A stretch of 63,452 bases of DNA, the filler included, from Chrysochromulina tobinii (Eukaryota), in assembly GCA_001275005.1 (NCBI GenBank). It is 4 parts of 4 records of this genome, joined end to end, with 100 filler letters (N's around TTAATTAATTAA, not from the genome) between each part and the next. Parts side by side here need not be neighbours in the genome. Positions count along the whole stretch, not along the records: positions 23,661 to 34,754 come from JWZX01001357.1; positions 34,855 to 48,473 come from JWZX01001358.1; 2 more parts are not named here. One strand, given 5' to 3'. Under the pieces are notes generated by a model. It worked only from the letters and a program-made list of their open reading frames with translations, searched no databases and was not told the origin of the DNA. A program made the translations under genes and the position numbers. Every line of letters begins with the position of its first letter. Position 1 is the first letter of the stretch. Of the stretch, positions 32,916 to 44,255 are shown piece after piece.

Positions 32916-34283
32916 ATGGCGAAGGGCGAGTCGGTGCTGCTGCGCTCTCTCGTGACCGCGGCATACATCGCGGTCACGGCCGTGAGCGTGTGGTTTCTCA
33001 AGGGCGGAAGCCTGTACGGTGGCCGGTCAGCAGCGCATGTTTGGTGGTACGGGTGGGTGACGGCGCTGTCGACTGGGCTGGGCGCGCTTCCCACGGCCTT
33101 CCTGCGGACAACAGGCGGCGACGAGGACAAGTACTGGCTCGGCCTCGCCAATGCAATGGCCGGCGGCATGATGACGTCTGCGAGTGCCGCGCTGATTATC
33201 GAGGGCGTGGAGCTCGGAGTGGGCGAGCGCGCCCCGTTCACGCCGCTGCAGTGCGTGGCCATAGGCGGCGTGATCGGCATCATGTTCATCGTTGCCAGTC
33301 AGCGCATCCTCGACGGCTCGGACGACGTCAAATTTAGCATCATCGAGGGCATCGATGCGCGCCGCGCGCTGCTGATCGTCGTCGTGATGACTCTGCACTC
33401 GTTCTCCGAGGGCATCGGCATCGGCGTTTCCTTCGGCGAGAAGACGAAAGAGAGCCTGGGCATGCTCGTGACCACCACGCTGGCGGTGCACAACGTCCCA
33501 GAGGGCTTCGCGGTCAGCGTCGTGCTCGTCTCCAAGGGGATGAGTGTGTGGGGCGCCGCCCTATGGAGCGTCATGACGAGCGTTCCTCAGGTACGCGCCG
33601 TGCGGGGCGAACGGCCTCTGAGCGTCTCTGATTGCCTTCCTGGAGCGCGATGGCTAGCATTTTAGATGTATGCGCCATCCCGGGCACGCTCCACAGCGCC
33701 ACCCTGGGCGGACCCGTGGCGCAGCGGCAGAGAGAGCCCCTGCCGCACAGCCTCGACCACAGCATGCTGCAGCCTGCATCCTTTTGTGCTGCCAGCGCTC
33801 ACCCTACGCGAATCACCTCGCGCCCGCGGCGCCACCCCTTTTCTCATCCCTCTCTCACTGAGTGACCTCCTTCGGGCAGCCGCTGATGGCGATCGCTGCG
33901 TTCTTGTTCGTGGACGCGTTCGTGCTCGTGCAGCCGATGGGCCTGGGGTTTGCAGCTGGGGCGATGCTATGGGTCGCATGGATGGAGCTGTTCATTGAGG
34001 TGCGTGCGCGCATGCGCGTGCATGCACATCGCGCCGCCTTGCACGCCCGAGGCCATCTCGAGGCTAAGCCGCGCGGTCCGTGGAGGCGTGCACTCGGTGC
34101 CTCCTTGGCCTGCCGGTACTGGTACCCTCTGCGCCGCTCGACACGACGCCCGATCCACTCACCTCGACTGTTGGCTGCTCTCGGTGCTCACAGGCTCACG
34201 AGGCGTGCGGCCTCATGAGCACTGCGACGACCGGCCTCGCCTCTGCAGTGGCCATGGGTCTGTGCCACAGCTATCTCATGTAG
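32916..34283 (+). CDS. ZIP-family (GufA/ZIP11-like) metal transporter; introns 33591-33879 and 34000-34193
   Basis: [49 protein letters not shown]. Confidence 0.9.
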
Positions 34284-34754
34284 GGGTGGACTCATGACGG
34301 TGTTCTGCCAGCGAGGAGTTGCGCGTTGTGAAGGGCGTCCACCACTCATGGACCCTGCTCGCCCTAAGTTCATTGATAAGTTCACCTTAGCGATGCATGT
34401 GCGGGCGGTTCGAGGCAGCAGCGGATGCATGCATCGAGGTGGGCGTATGCGTATGGATGCAAGCATCGAGCGGTGGGTTTATGGTGTCGTCGGTCTCGTC
34501 ATTATTTAACATTATTTATAAATGAAAATGAGAACGGTTGAGTTCGTGGAGACAACGGCTTCACGTCAGTACAGGAGCGGAAATAGAAACTGCGCTCTGT
34601 ATTCTATGGAATCTGCTCCGCCTACGTAGGTAAGCCCTAGTATTTCACTCGGAAACACGAAAATGTGGGTCCCTCTCGGCTTGAACCCAAGAGCATGCCC
34701 AAGAGGCTCCTCGGAAACTCGGAAACTCGGAATCTGGAATTAGGGCGGCCATCT

Positions 34755-34854
34755 NNNNNNNNNNNNNNNNNNNNNNNNNNNNNNNNNNNNNNNNNNNNTT
34801 AATTAATTAANNNNNNNNNNNNNNNNNNNNNNNNNNNNNNNNNNNNNNNNNNNN
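34755..34854. other. Assembly gap with artificial TTAATTAATTAA linker
   Basis: N run with linker at 34799-34810. Confidence 0.98.
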
Positions 34855-36131
34855 AGGCGATCAGACGGCATGAGGTACCTCGACGCCCTCGGGCTGCCCT
34901 CCACACGCACAGGCACTTGGCCCATGAAGACGATGGGCACGTGCAGGTGCTCCTCGCCCGGTGGAGGCTGATGGCCGAGGATCTGCGGGTTGGTTGGCAC
35001 TACGACCCACTCGACATCCGCCGAGTCTACGAACCCCATCGCGCGTTTCGAGACCTTGATCTGCGTGCCGTCGGCGTCGCGAGTGAGCGCCACCACGTCA
35101 CCGGGCATGAGGACCTCGTCGGGGTCATGGCGCGGCATCCACTCGGCATGGTCCGCCTGGTGACCTTGCAGCCTCCCGTGGATCAGACCTTCGCCGTACT
35201 GCCCAACGGTCAGCTCCTCACCGATGTGCACCGAGCCATCGACGCGTAAGTCGCCTGGGATGACCTTAACCTTATCATCAACTGAGCTCGAGCCAGCATC
35301 TGAGCTCGAGTCCGCATTGACCTTGCGTTTCTTGTTCATGTCGGGGACCGAGTGAACGAGTTTCGGACCAAACAGTCTGAGCTTGATTCCATCACGGCCA
35401 TATCCGCCTTCCCGTTCCTTATTGAGAGGCATGCCTCGGAATTTGTCGCTCCCGAAATCAGGGTGGCCTTCCAGAAGCGCTAGCTGCCACTCGCCCACCT
35501 TTTTGGGGTTTGGGGTATCCTTCCCAGGCGAGCAGCTGGCCCGCTTCACTGCGATCAAGTCGGCGAATTTGTTGACAGTGTGCGAGTCCGCGCCACTGGT
35601 TTTGACTCTTTCATAGTCGCTCTCTCCGATGTCGCCCATATCTTGCCCGTCGCCCTCTACGAAGAAGACGTGTGGCTCAGACTTGTGGACCAAGTTGGCA
35701 TGTTTCAGGCTCGGCACCTCCAAAGCGCCCCCCTTTGCCAATCTGCTCACGAGGAGCAGTTTCGCGTCCTCTGGCTTGATCTCCCACGGTTCTTTTCTTC
35801 GGATGAAGCCAAGGATCTCGCTCAAGCGCTGATCCCAGCTTGGAATCGGAATGTTGCCAAGGACATCGCTCCAGTCGTGTGAGAGGGGTTGCGCTACCGA
35901 GCCGAGCTGCGGGTTGTTGTTGATCGCGGGCAGCCGCGAGGAGGTGGAGCGGACCAGGGCGTGCAGGCCGAGCTCAGCGGAGGCCGCCATGTCACCACCA
36001 CCAGCACCACCAGCATCACCAGCGCCACCAGCACCGCCACCACCCAAGGTCTGGAATGTTGTTACCATGGCAGCGCCAAAACCGAGTTCATCGATCATTT
36101 GAGGGTCAAAATCGTTGGGTTCGTCGCTCAT
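34855..36131 (-). CDS. Protein with NLS and peptidase-G2-like intramolecular chaperone autocleavage domain; 3' end lost in gap
   Basis: KKRKV at 35319-35333; GDLRVDGSVHIG; ADHAEW..PGDVV..PTNPQILG..VFMGQVPVRVEG..LMPS. Confidence 0.7.
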
Positions 36132-36404
36132 TCCTTGACCGTGATGGACGTCCGCAAACAGCCGCAGACAGAAGCGTCGGAGAGCGCGGAATCGTACGGC
36201 CGTACGTACTGAGCCGTGTACGTTTTGGAAAGTATTGATTTCTGAGTTGTTTTCGGATTCTTAGGCGGCTGAAAAGGAATTCATGGGAATTGGAAAAAAA
36301 CTAAACTACTTCGAACTAGCCAATCGGGTGGCTTTGGGCCCGCAACTTATCGATCGGCTGCCGCAACCGTGCTTACAGAAGAGGGGCACGAGAAGACGAG
36401 ATAC

Positions 36405-36452
36405 AAGCAAGCAAGCAAGCGTGTTTCGACTAATTAGCTTGCTTGCTTGCTT
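36405..36452. mobile_element. 48-bp micro-MITE-like element with 16-bp TIRs and 9-bp TSD
   Basis: AAGCAAGCAAGCAAGC (36405-36420) and GCTTGCTTGCTTGCTT (36437-36452), flanked by ACGAGATAC at 36396-36404 and 36453-36461. Confidence 0.7.
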
Positions 36453-36756
36453 ACGAGATACGTATATACTCGAGTACGAATAACTGTCGCGCGACCATGA
36501 ACAGATGGTGCATGCACTCGTGGTCGGACAATTCCCCTACCGCAACCGTCCAACCCGAAAAACCAGCTTTCGGACGCTGTGCGGCAACGCGCACGCATGT
36601 GCTGCCTCGTGCGCGCTACATCACAGACGCGCGGCGGAGCACGGAAGCGGGCTCGTGATTCTCGTGCGCGAGCCAGACGGCCATGACTCAATGCAAAGTT
36701 GCGATGACGCCATTCCTATCGATTCGCCCGCGACGACGCCTTGTCCGCAAGCAACA

Positions 36757-39700
36757 ATGCTCCTCGGAGCATTGGCGTGCATCGTGCTAGCCCTGCACCA
36801 CGTCTTGCGGCTGCCTTCACAACGTCTTGCGGCTGTGCGCGCTGCGGTTCCGCCCACGCTCGTGCTGCGCCCTGACACGCACAAGAAGCATGCGCTGCGC
36901 AAAAAGGAGGAGGAGAGGGAGGAGGCTGCTCGGGCAGAACGTGCGGCGGAGCAGTCGCGGCTGCTGCTGCAGTCCGAACAACGAGTTGCATTGCGTGAGC
37001 TCATTCGGGCTGGTCAGAAGCGCGAGGCGGCACTCCTTCTCCAGAACATGGCGCGCGCGAAACTCCTTCCCGATCAAGCCTCATACGCTGCCTGCCTCGA
37101 AGCTTTCCTGGCACCACGGATGGAGCACAAGCTGATCGTGCAGCTGGCTGCGCTGATGCGTTCCTTCCCCGTGCCGCTCTGGCCGGGCGCCGCCGAGGCG
37201 TTCGTCACGTCCACGGCCGCGCAGGGCAGCTGGCACGACTGCCTGGACTGGTGGCGGGAGCTCGAGGCGTCGGACGAGGGTGCTCGAGCCCCTGTCGTGT
37301 GCGCAACGGTCCAAGGCGCAGCGGTCGTGTGCGCAACGGTCCAAGGCGCGGCGGTCCAAGGCGCAGCGGTCCAAGGCGCGGCGAGTGCGGCGCGGGAGGC
37401 CGCACTCCTTGCCATGGTCAAGCTTGAGCGCTGGGCCGATGCGGAACGAAACTTGCTCACCTCGGCGCTCGACACAGGAGCGTCCACGGCAGCCGTGACG
37501 GCAGCTGGCTATCGGACTCTGCTCCGCGCGTGCGCCGAGGCGTGCGCTGAGGCGAACGTCAAGGCGAGCGCGAGCGCCGAGATGAGCGCCAACGTCCGAG
37601 CGGCGGCGGCGCTCGCCCGGTGCGTCGTCTTGGGCGCGTGTAGCTCGGGGGTGGCCGATGATGGCATGCTGCGCGAGGCGCTCGCGGCGAGTGCGGCGAG
37701 TGGCGAGTGGGCACAGGGCCTCGACCTCCTGAGGAAGACGTGGCCGGACGGAGCAGCCTCCGGAGAGTGGCCACCACGGGCACAGGCACAGGCACAGGCG
37801 CAGGCACAGGCGCAAGCGCAGGCGCCAACACAGGCGCAAGCGCAGGCGCAAACGCAGGCACAGGCGCAGGCGCAGGCACAGGCGCGGGCGCAGGTGCTGT
37901 GCGTGAGTGCGCGGCTACACGCGGGCGTTGGCGACCTCGACGGCGCGAGACACGCGCTGCGCCGGGCGCGTCACCTCGCGCGGCGGGTCGATGGCGGCGA
38001 GGGCGGTGGCCTGGGCCTGGCCGCGTCGGATCTGGAGGCTTTGATGCTTGCATGCGCGCACCAAGGGCGGTGGCGTGATGTGCGATGGCTCCTGCGTGCC
38101 GCGCCCGCGAGCGAGCAGTACACGATCGCCTCCACAGTCGTCGCTCTGGCCGCATGCTCTACCGGCACGACCGAATGCTCTACCGGCACGCCATTCCGCA
38201 GCGTGCGCCGCCAGAGGCTCGCGCAGCTCGCGGCTGCATGCGCGGAGGCCGTCGAAGGGCGCCGTCCTGGGCGCGATGGGCCTCTGCTGGCCGCGCCCAG
38301 GACGGCGCCCGCTTCGGACGAGATCGCGCCCAGGACGGCGCCCGGTTTCGTCATGCCGCTGGCGGTGCGCCCGTGGGCATCGGCGGCGTTCTGGGTGCGC
38401 CTGCAGGTGGTGCTCGGCGCGGCGCCCAGAGCGCCGCCGCGAGCGCCGCCGCAATCCAACTCGGGCAGAGGGGCGGACCCGGCGGCGGCGACGGAAGCGG
38501 CGGAGGCGGCGGCCGTGGAGGCTGTGCGCATGCTCAGCGTGCATCATCGTGCCGGGCTCGAGGTGAGCGCAACGGCTCTCGAGTGCGTGCTTCGTGCGGC
38601 CGCGCCGTTCAGTGCGCTGCAGGAGCACATCTGTGAGCTGTACGGGCTCCTCGAGCGCCAGCTGGGCGCCCAGGACGGCGCGGCGCGACCCGACGCCGAC
38701 GTGTGCGAGCTCGTGCTCCCCCATTACGAGCGCGCGAAGCGCTGGCGAGAGGCGCTCGCGCTGCCGCACGTGCAGCCGTCAGCTGAGTGCTTCTCGCGGG
38801 CCATCGAACGAGAATGCAATCTCGAGGCATGGCTTCGGATTGCCGAAACTCGCTCCGACGCGCGAGGCGCCCGCGACGGCGCGAACGGCGCCCGCGACGG
38901 CGCGAATGATGCCCGCGACGGCGCGAACGGCGCCCACGAAAACGCGCGGCGTGCCGAGCGGCGCACGGCCGCCATCGCGCGCTGGCGCGAGCACGTGCTC
39001 GTGGGCGCGCCAGGCACAAGCGCGGTCGTGGGCGCGTGCGGTCGTGAGGCGCTCAGGGCAGCGCTGCGATCCGTGCTGCAGCTCGAGGCCTTGTCCCCCT
39101 CGAGCGAGGGGACGCAGCAAGAACGGCTCGAAGACCAGCTGCTCAAGACGCTGCTCAAAGGGACGCCCACGACAGCGCCGATCGGGACACGTGCCACACC
39201 AGCAGCGTCCTCTGACGTGGCCTCCCGCGCGCCCGCGACAGCGCCTGCGACGACTATGCCGACAGCGGAGGCCCGAGCAATGGTGGCGGCGTTGCCGCGC
39301 GGCGTCGCCTCGAAGATTGCGTACCACCAACTCGGGCGGGAGGCACTTGAGCGCGCCGCGGCGCTCGTCCGGCGAGCTCAGGGCGAGATCGAGATCGGGC
39401 GAGCTCAGGGCGAGGCGTCAGGAAGCGGTGGAGGCGGCGGGATCGGCGGCGTTGAAAAGGCTCGCGCGCTCGGTACGGCGCGTCGGCTCGACGGCGGCGC
39501 CTACAGTGCTCTCGTCCGTGGGTGAGCGATGATTGCCTCCCTCATCAGCGCTCTCGTCCTTGGGTATGCAGCGATGCGTGACGAGGCGCATGCCAGTGCT
39601 CACCACGGCGCTCGGTCTCCCCACAGGTACGCAGCGATGCGTGACGAGGCGGTGGCCGCTCGGTTGGCCCTGGAGGCGTGCCGGCTGGGGATCCCCCTCG

Positions 39701-41149
39701 ACGCGCAAGCCTACCTTGCCGCGCTCGCGTGCGTGCGCACGCCCGCCGACTTGAGCACGCTTGTCGCGGGCATGTCGGCCACTCCGCGGCTGCGCTGGCT
39801 ACGCTCGTACGCCGATGCGCCCGTCTCCTCCGTGCTCGCCCTCGCGGGCACTCTGGGTGGCACGGGGCGCTCGTTGCCTGCGCTCCAGAACGCGACGCCC
39901 GCAGAGGTACAGGCAGCCCTCCAAGCGTTCGCCCCCAGCATGCAAGTGCTCACCACGGCGCGCGCTCTCCCCACAGGTACAGGCAGCCCTCCAAGCGCTC
40001 GCCATGATCGAAGCGAGCGTTGGCGGCGTGAGCGCCTTGCTGCAGGACCTGCGAGCAAGCGGCGTACAGGTAGGCCCCGCGTCTCGATGCATGCTCCTCT
40101 CGACGGCGATGCTCGAGGGCTGGGTGCAGCAGCAGCTCGCGCTCCACGTGTGGCTCCCGCTACTCGCGCCGCGGGGCGACGCGCTGCTTGAACTACTCGG
40201 CCCGTCGCTACGACTGGTCGAGACGCCAACCGGATCGGGCTTCAAGGGCGCTTGGTGCTTCGATTGGCGCGCGCCCGAGACGACGCACCCAGTCCTCATT
40301 GCGTGGATGAAGCTTCGTGGGCAGACTGATCCGAGATTCGCGCCCACGGCGGCGGATGCGGGCCTGTGCCCGGTCGACGTGGGCGTCCATGTCCTTGAAG
40401 GCATCCTCCTCTCGCTGCAGCACGTCTCGCCGCCCCGCGCCCTATCGGCCGCCGCCCGCACGGCCTCAGCCGCCTCCCGCACGGCCACGCAACCCCCATC
40501 GGGCTCCATCTCCGGCTCGATCTCCGGCGCGGAGCTGCCGCGCTCGCCCACGACGGCGCTCACGTGGCGCCGAGACCTCTCCGAGCTGCAGCTGGCGCTT
40601 CAGGCGATCGTGGTGCGTTACGAGGCGGCCGCGAACCCCACAGGTGGGCGCGGGCTCGGCTTCGCGGCTCCGTGGGGTGCGGCCTCCGCCCCGGTGCCCA
40701 CCCCGGCGCTCGCGTCGCTCCGTGGCGCCCTGCGCGATGTGCTGGTGGCGCTCGACTTGCACAAGGGCATCCGATTTGGCGCCCAGTGCCAGACCGCGAT
40801 GGTGTACATCAACGCCCTCGAGGGCATCTTTGCCCTTCTCGGCACGGAGCCGAGCATGGCGCAGGCGGCGGCGGCGGCGGCGGCGGCGGCTGGGTCGGAG
40901 CCCGCCGGCGCTGTGGGGTTTGGCCGTCGAGGCGCCGTAACGGGCGCGCGGCGTGCGGCGCCGAGCAAACAAGGCAAGAATCGGGCGGCGGGCACCGCGA
41001 TGACCAAACGGGAGCGTAAGGCGGTCGACGATCTGACGCGCGAAGGGTGGGTCCATCGCGGAGCAGTCGACCCGTCTCCGCAGCGCACGACCGTTGCCGT
41101 GGCAGCGAGTCTGTCGCTGCTGCTGCTCGATGTTGAGATGGCTAGATAG
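36757..41149 (+). CDS. Large degenerate PPR-like helical-repeat protein; introns 39522-39626 and 39907-39976; start uncertain
   Basis: AALLLQNMARAKLLPDQASYAACL; YRTLLRACA; spliced YSALVRG|YAAMRDEAVAARLALEACRLGIPLD; the two introns join three ORFs in frame; (AQ)n tract ~37780-37893. Confidence 0.65.
39522..39626 (+). mobile_element. Introner-like intron 1 carrying an internal copy of its spliced junction
   Basis: GTGAGC donor, CCCCACAG acceptor; 39546-39588 matches the spliced exon junction at 40/43; 3' arm shared with intron 2. Confidence 0.6.
39907..39976 (+). mobile_element. Introner-like intron 2 with a 29-bp duplication of the downstream exon
   Basis: 39905-39933 matches 39975-40003 at 28/29; arm GCATGCAAGTGCTCACCACGGCGCGCGCTCTCCCCACAG. 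Confidence 0.6.
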
Positions 41150-41440
41150 TGCGGCTTCTTCTTGGGGCGCAAGGCCACAGTCTCCCGCTCTCCCCGATGT
41201 TCACCTCGTGACATCCGTCAGATCCTGATTGTAGGACGTAGGTCTCTGTCGTCTAAAGTCTTGTCGTGACGCGAGCTTTTGCAGAAGCACGGATAGGTCT
41301 TGAAAAAACTTGAGGTGGTTTCAAAGCGTGTTCGAAAGCGTTGTGTTGGACCGTCGGACGAACAGCCACCAGGACTCCCGTGTGCCAGGACCACGTCCAA
41401 GCGCAAGCGGAACGACTTGAGCGTGGCTCTTTTGGCCACA

Positions 41441-43738
41441 ATGCCTCCGAAGAAGCGCTTTTCATTCATCAATCGCGTGCTGGATGTGCGCAAGGGAGGC
41501 CTCAGCAGTGACGAGGCGATGGAATTCGTTGCGAAGCTCAACGAGAAAATTAACCAACAGTTGCCGGAGGGTGAGGGAGATCGGTGGTTTGAGCTCTTCA
41601 AAGAGTTCGATGGCGACGCGTCGGGGCTCCTCACTTTTGATGAGCTCAAGTTTGGCATTCGCACCCAGCTCCTCATGGACGAGAGCGAGCTTTCCAACCA
41701 GAAGCTCAAGGCGCTATGGATCACGCTCGATGAGGACGACTCTGGCTTTGTCGAGTCGGGCGAGTTCGGCCGCTTCATGAAGCGCGAGGCGCCGAAGAAT
41801 AAGGACGAAGAGCGCCGTGAGCTCCTTCGTCAGAGCTCCAGGCAGAAGCGCGCGTCTCTAGAGAAGGACAAGCAGCTCCAAATCGCAGATGCGATGCTGA
41901 CGTCGTCTGTGCCGACAGCGGAGATGCGCGCCGAGCTTGCACAGGCTGGCGTGGCACTCCCGAACGATGAGGAATTGGCGAAAATGGCCACGCAATTTTC
42001 CAAGTGGACGAAACTCTATCTGCCCGACACTCACCAGGGGAGTGCATGGATAAAGGTCATACAGATGGTCGGCGACGACATTTCGGGCCTGCTAACCTAT
42101 GACCAGGTGCGGCGCGTGGTGCGTGAGGTCTTCAAAGTGAAGAAAGTGGTGTGGTCTGAGAACATGATTAAGGCGCTATGGTGCACGCTCGATGTGAAGA
42201 ACGCCGACAGCATCCCGACGATGGAATTCGGTCGCTTTGTCAAGCGCGCCGACACGACGACCACACGCGCACCGGGATGGACGCAGAAGCAGTGGACCGG
42301 AAACTCCGATCGGCTCCTTGAGGTGCGCCCAGGCGGTTTGAGCGCAGAGGAGTGCAAGAGCGTTGCAGCCACGATCAACAGCAGGGTCGACGAGATGATG
42401 CCCGGCGAAGACTGGCTCTCTCTCTTCAAGGCCATCGACGAGGATGCCTCGGGCCTGCTGAGCTTCGACGAGTTCAAGCAGGGCATCCGCGAAAGCCTCA
42501 AAATGGGGACGACGGAGCTTTCCGACGCACAGCTCGGAGCGCTTTGGATCTCGATCGACGAGGACGACAGTGGCTACGTCGAGACGGGCGAGCTCTACCG
42601 CTTCTTGAATCGCATTGAACCGAAGGGGAAAGACGAGCAGCGGCGCGAGCTCATCCGACAGAGCTCCAAGCGCAAGCGGGCACTCCTGGAGAGGGCGCAA
42701 ACGCAGGACATTTTGGACGAGAAGTTAAAGTCGAGCATGAAGACAACGGACATGAAGGCGGAGCTCAAGGCCAAGGGAGTCCCACTGGCCACCGAGGACA
42801 CGATGAGGGAGGCTTCCTTCCGCTTCGTTAAGTGGACGAAAACGTACCTTCCGGACGCGCACCAGGGCGTTGCTTGGATGAAAGTGTTCAAGGAGGTGGA
42901 CAACGATGCCTCAGGCCTGCTCACCTACGACGAGCTACGGATCGTCATCCGCCAAAAGTTCAAGGTTCCGTCCTCGGAGTTTTCAGAGGATGAGATCAAA
43001 GTCCTGTGGTGCGCGCTCGATCAGGACCATTCGGACTCGATCAAGCTCGTGGAGTTTGGGCGCTTCATCAAATTGATGAACGGAAAGATGACCAATTTCT
43101 TCCAGAAGACCGAGGACTCAGCAGCCGATCGGCTCTTTCGCGGGCTGTCTTCACTTGAGAAGGGCGCCTTTTTCCAGAAGCACTTGGGGAAGCTGGAGGA
43201 GTACACCGGGCCGAGCACGCTCAAGCTGAGCCCGCGCGTAGTCACTCAACGTCGGCGGCTCCCAGACCACCTAATCCGACCTGCATTTCGACCGAAGACG
43301 TCGATGCCAAACATAACGGAGTTGTGGACGCCCAAATCGGCACGGGCGGCGACGACTCCGGCGCCCGATGCCGAAGGCAGCGTCAGTGCTCGCGGGCCCC
43401 CACGGCAGGTGGAGCCGCCGCCACACCCAGCGTTGGTGCGCTCGCCGGGGCAGAGGTACGTGGAGGAGGGCGGCCCGTGGCTGCCACATCTCGCGTTGCC
43501 CACAATGCAGAGGAGCGTCAGGAACCTCGCTTCAGACGAGCCGCTGTGCAGCTCCTATCTACCACGCCACGGCCTCGTCCCTCGCGCTTTCGGCGATAAC
43601 TCGTACTACGTCCAACCTCCTGTGCCTTCGAGTATAGTAGCGGGGCCAAGGCTGGTGGAGTGCCGGCCGGGCCGGTCCCCTCATCCTGCGGGCGCAGGGC
43701 AGCCGACTCACATTTACTGTATCCTGGGGAAGACGTGA
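41441..43738 (+). CDS. Multi-EF-hand calcium-binding protein with an internal tandem duplication
   Basis: FDGDASGLLTFDE, LDEDDSGFVESGE, IDEDASGLLSFDE, IDEDDSGYVETGE, VDNDASGLLTYDE, LDQDHSDSIKLVE. Confidence 0.9.
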   Translation: MPPKKRFSFINRVLDVRKGGLSSDEAMEFVAKLNEKINQQLPEGEGDRWFELFKEFDGDASGLLTFDELKFGIRTQLLMDESELSNQKLKALWITLDEDDSGFVESGEFGRFMKREAPKNKDEERRELLRQSSRQKRASLEKDKQLQIADAMLTSSVPTAEMRAELAQAGVALPNDEELAKMATQFSKWTKLYLPDTHQGSAWIKVIQMVGDDISGLLTYDQVRRVVREVFKVKKVVWSENMIKALWCTLDVKNADSIPTMEFGRFVKRADTTTTRAPGWTQKQWTGNSDRLLEVRPGGLSAEECKSVAATINSRVDEMMPGEDWLSLFKAIDEDASGLLSFDEFKQGIRESLKMGTTELSDAQLGALWISIDEDDSGYVETGELYRFLNRIEPKGKDEQRRELIRQSSKRKRALLERAQTQDILDEKLKSSMKTTDMKAELKAKGVPLATEDTMREASFRFVKWTKTYLPDAHQGVAWMKVFKEVDNDASGLLTYDELRIVIRQKFKVPSSEFSEDEIKVLWCALDQDHSDSIKLVEFGRFIKLMNGKMTNFFQKTEDSAADRLFRGLSSLEKGAFFQKHLGKLEEYTGPSTLKLSPRVVTQRRRLPDHLIRPAFRPKTSMPNITELWTPKSARAATTPAPDAEGSVSARGPPRQVEPPPHPALVRSPGQRYVEEGGPWLPHLALPTMQRSVRNLASDEPLCSSYLPRHGLVPRAFGDNSYYVQPPVPSSIVAGPRLVECRPGRSPHPAGAGQPTHIYCILGKT

Positions 43739-44255
43739 GAAAGGAGAGCGCCAGGAGAGCGCGCGTCATTCTGTGCTATGTAGAAATCACCTTCGCCCGG
43801 CGTACGGTATCGCTCGCTCACGTCGTTCCTGTAGTCTGAGATCTTTCGGGCAAAGTGAAAGTCTATAGTCTTTCCAATGTTAGTTTTTGATTTACGAAAA
43901 CGAATAGGTCGACCTGAAATGTTATCGTTGGAGATGCGTGAAATCCGGAAATGCCTAAACGCTAATTGCGTGTAATGTGTAAATAAACGGCTCCACCCTC
44001 TAGAAACTAACACGGCCACTACACACAGAGGTTCTCCGTGACTGTCGATTCACGATTGACGGCTCATTTCTCTCGAAACTCAGAGCTCCTGAGCTCTGAG
44101 CCCCGACTAGTGCATGTCTGCATGATACCTGCCAGAAAAGCCGCGTGAGCCTGCATGAGCCAGGAGTGTCGCGTACTCTTGCGCACTCTCTGCGCATGTC
44201 ATGTGCCCACCGCATCATGCCATGCTCGCTCCAGTCATGCACACGCCAGATCCGC

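Noticed and set aside
33625..33645. TGATTGCCTTCCT in the ZIP intron resembling the 5' arm of the intron at 39522
   Set aside because: Short match only, with no exon duplication or shared 3' arm
21220..43738. CAX, ZIP and EF-hand genes as an ion-handling or calcification cluster
   Set aside because: They lie on different contigs joined artificially, so proximity is meaningless
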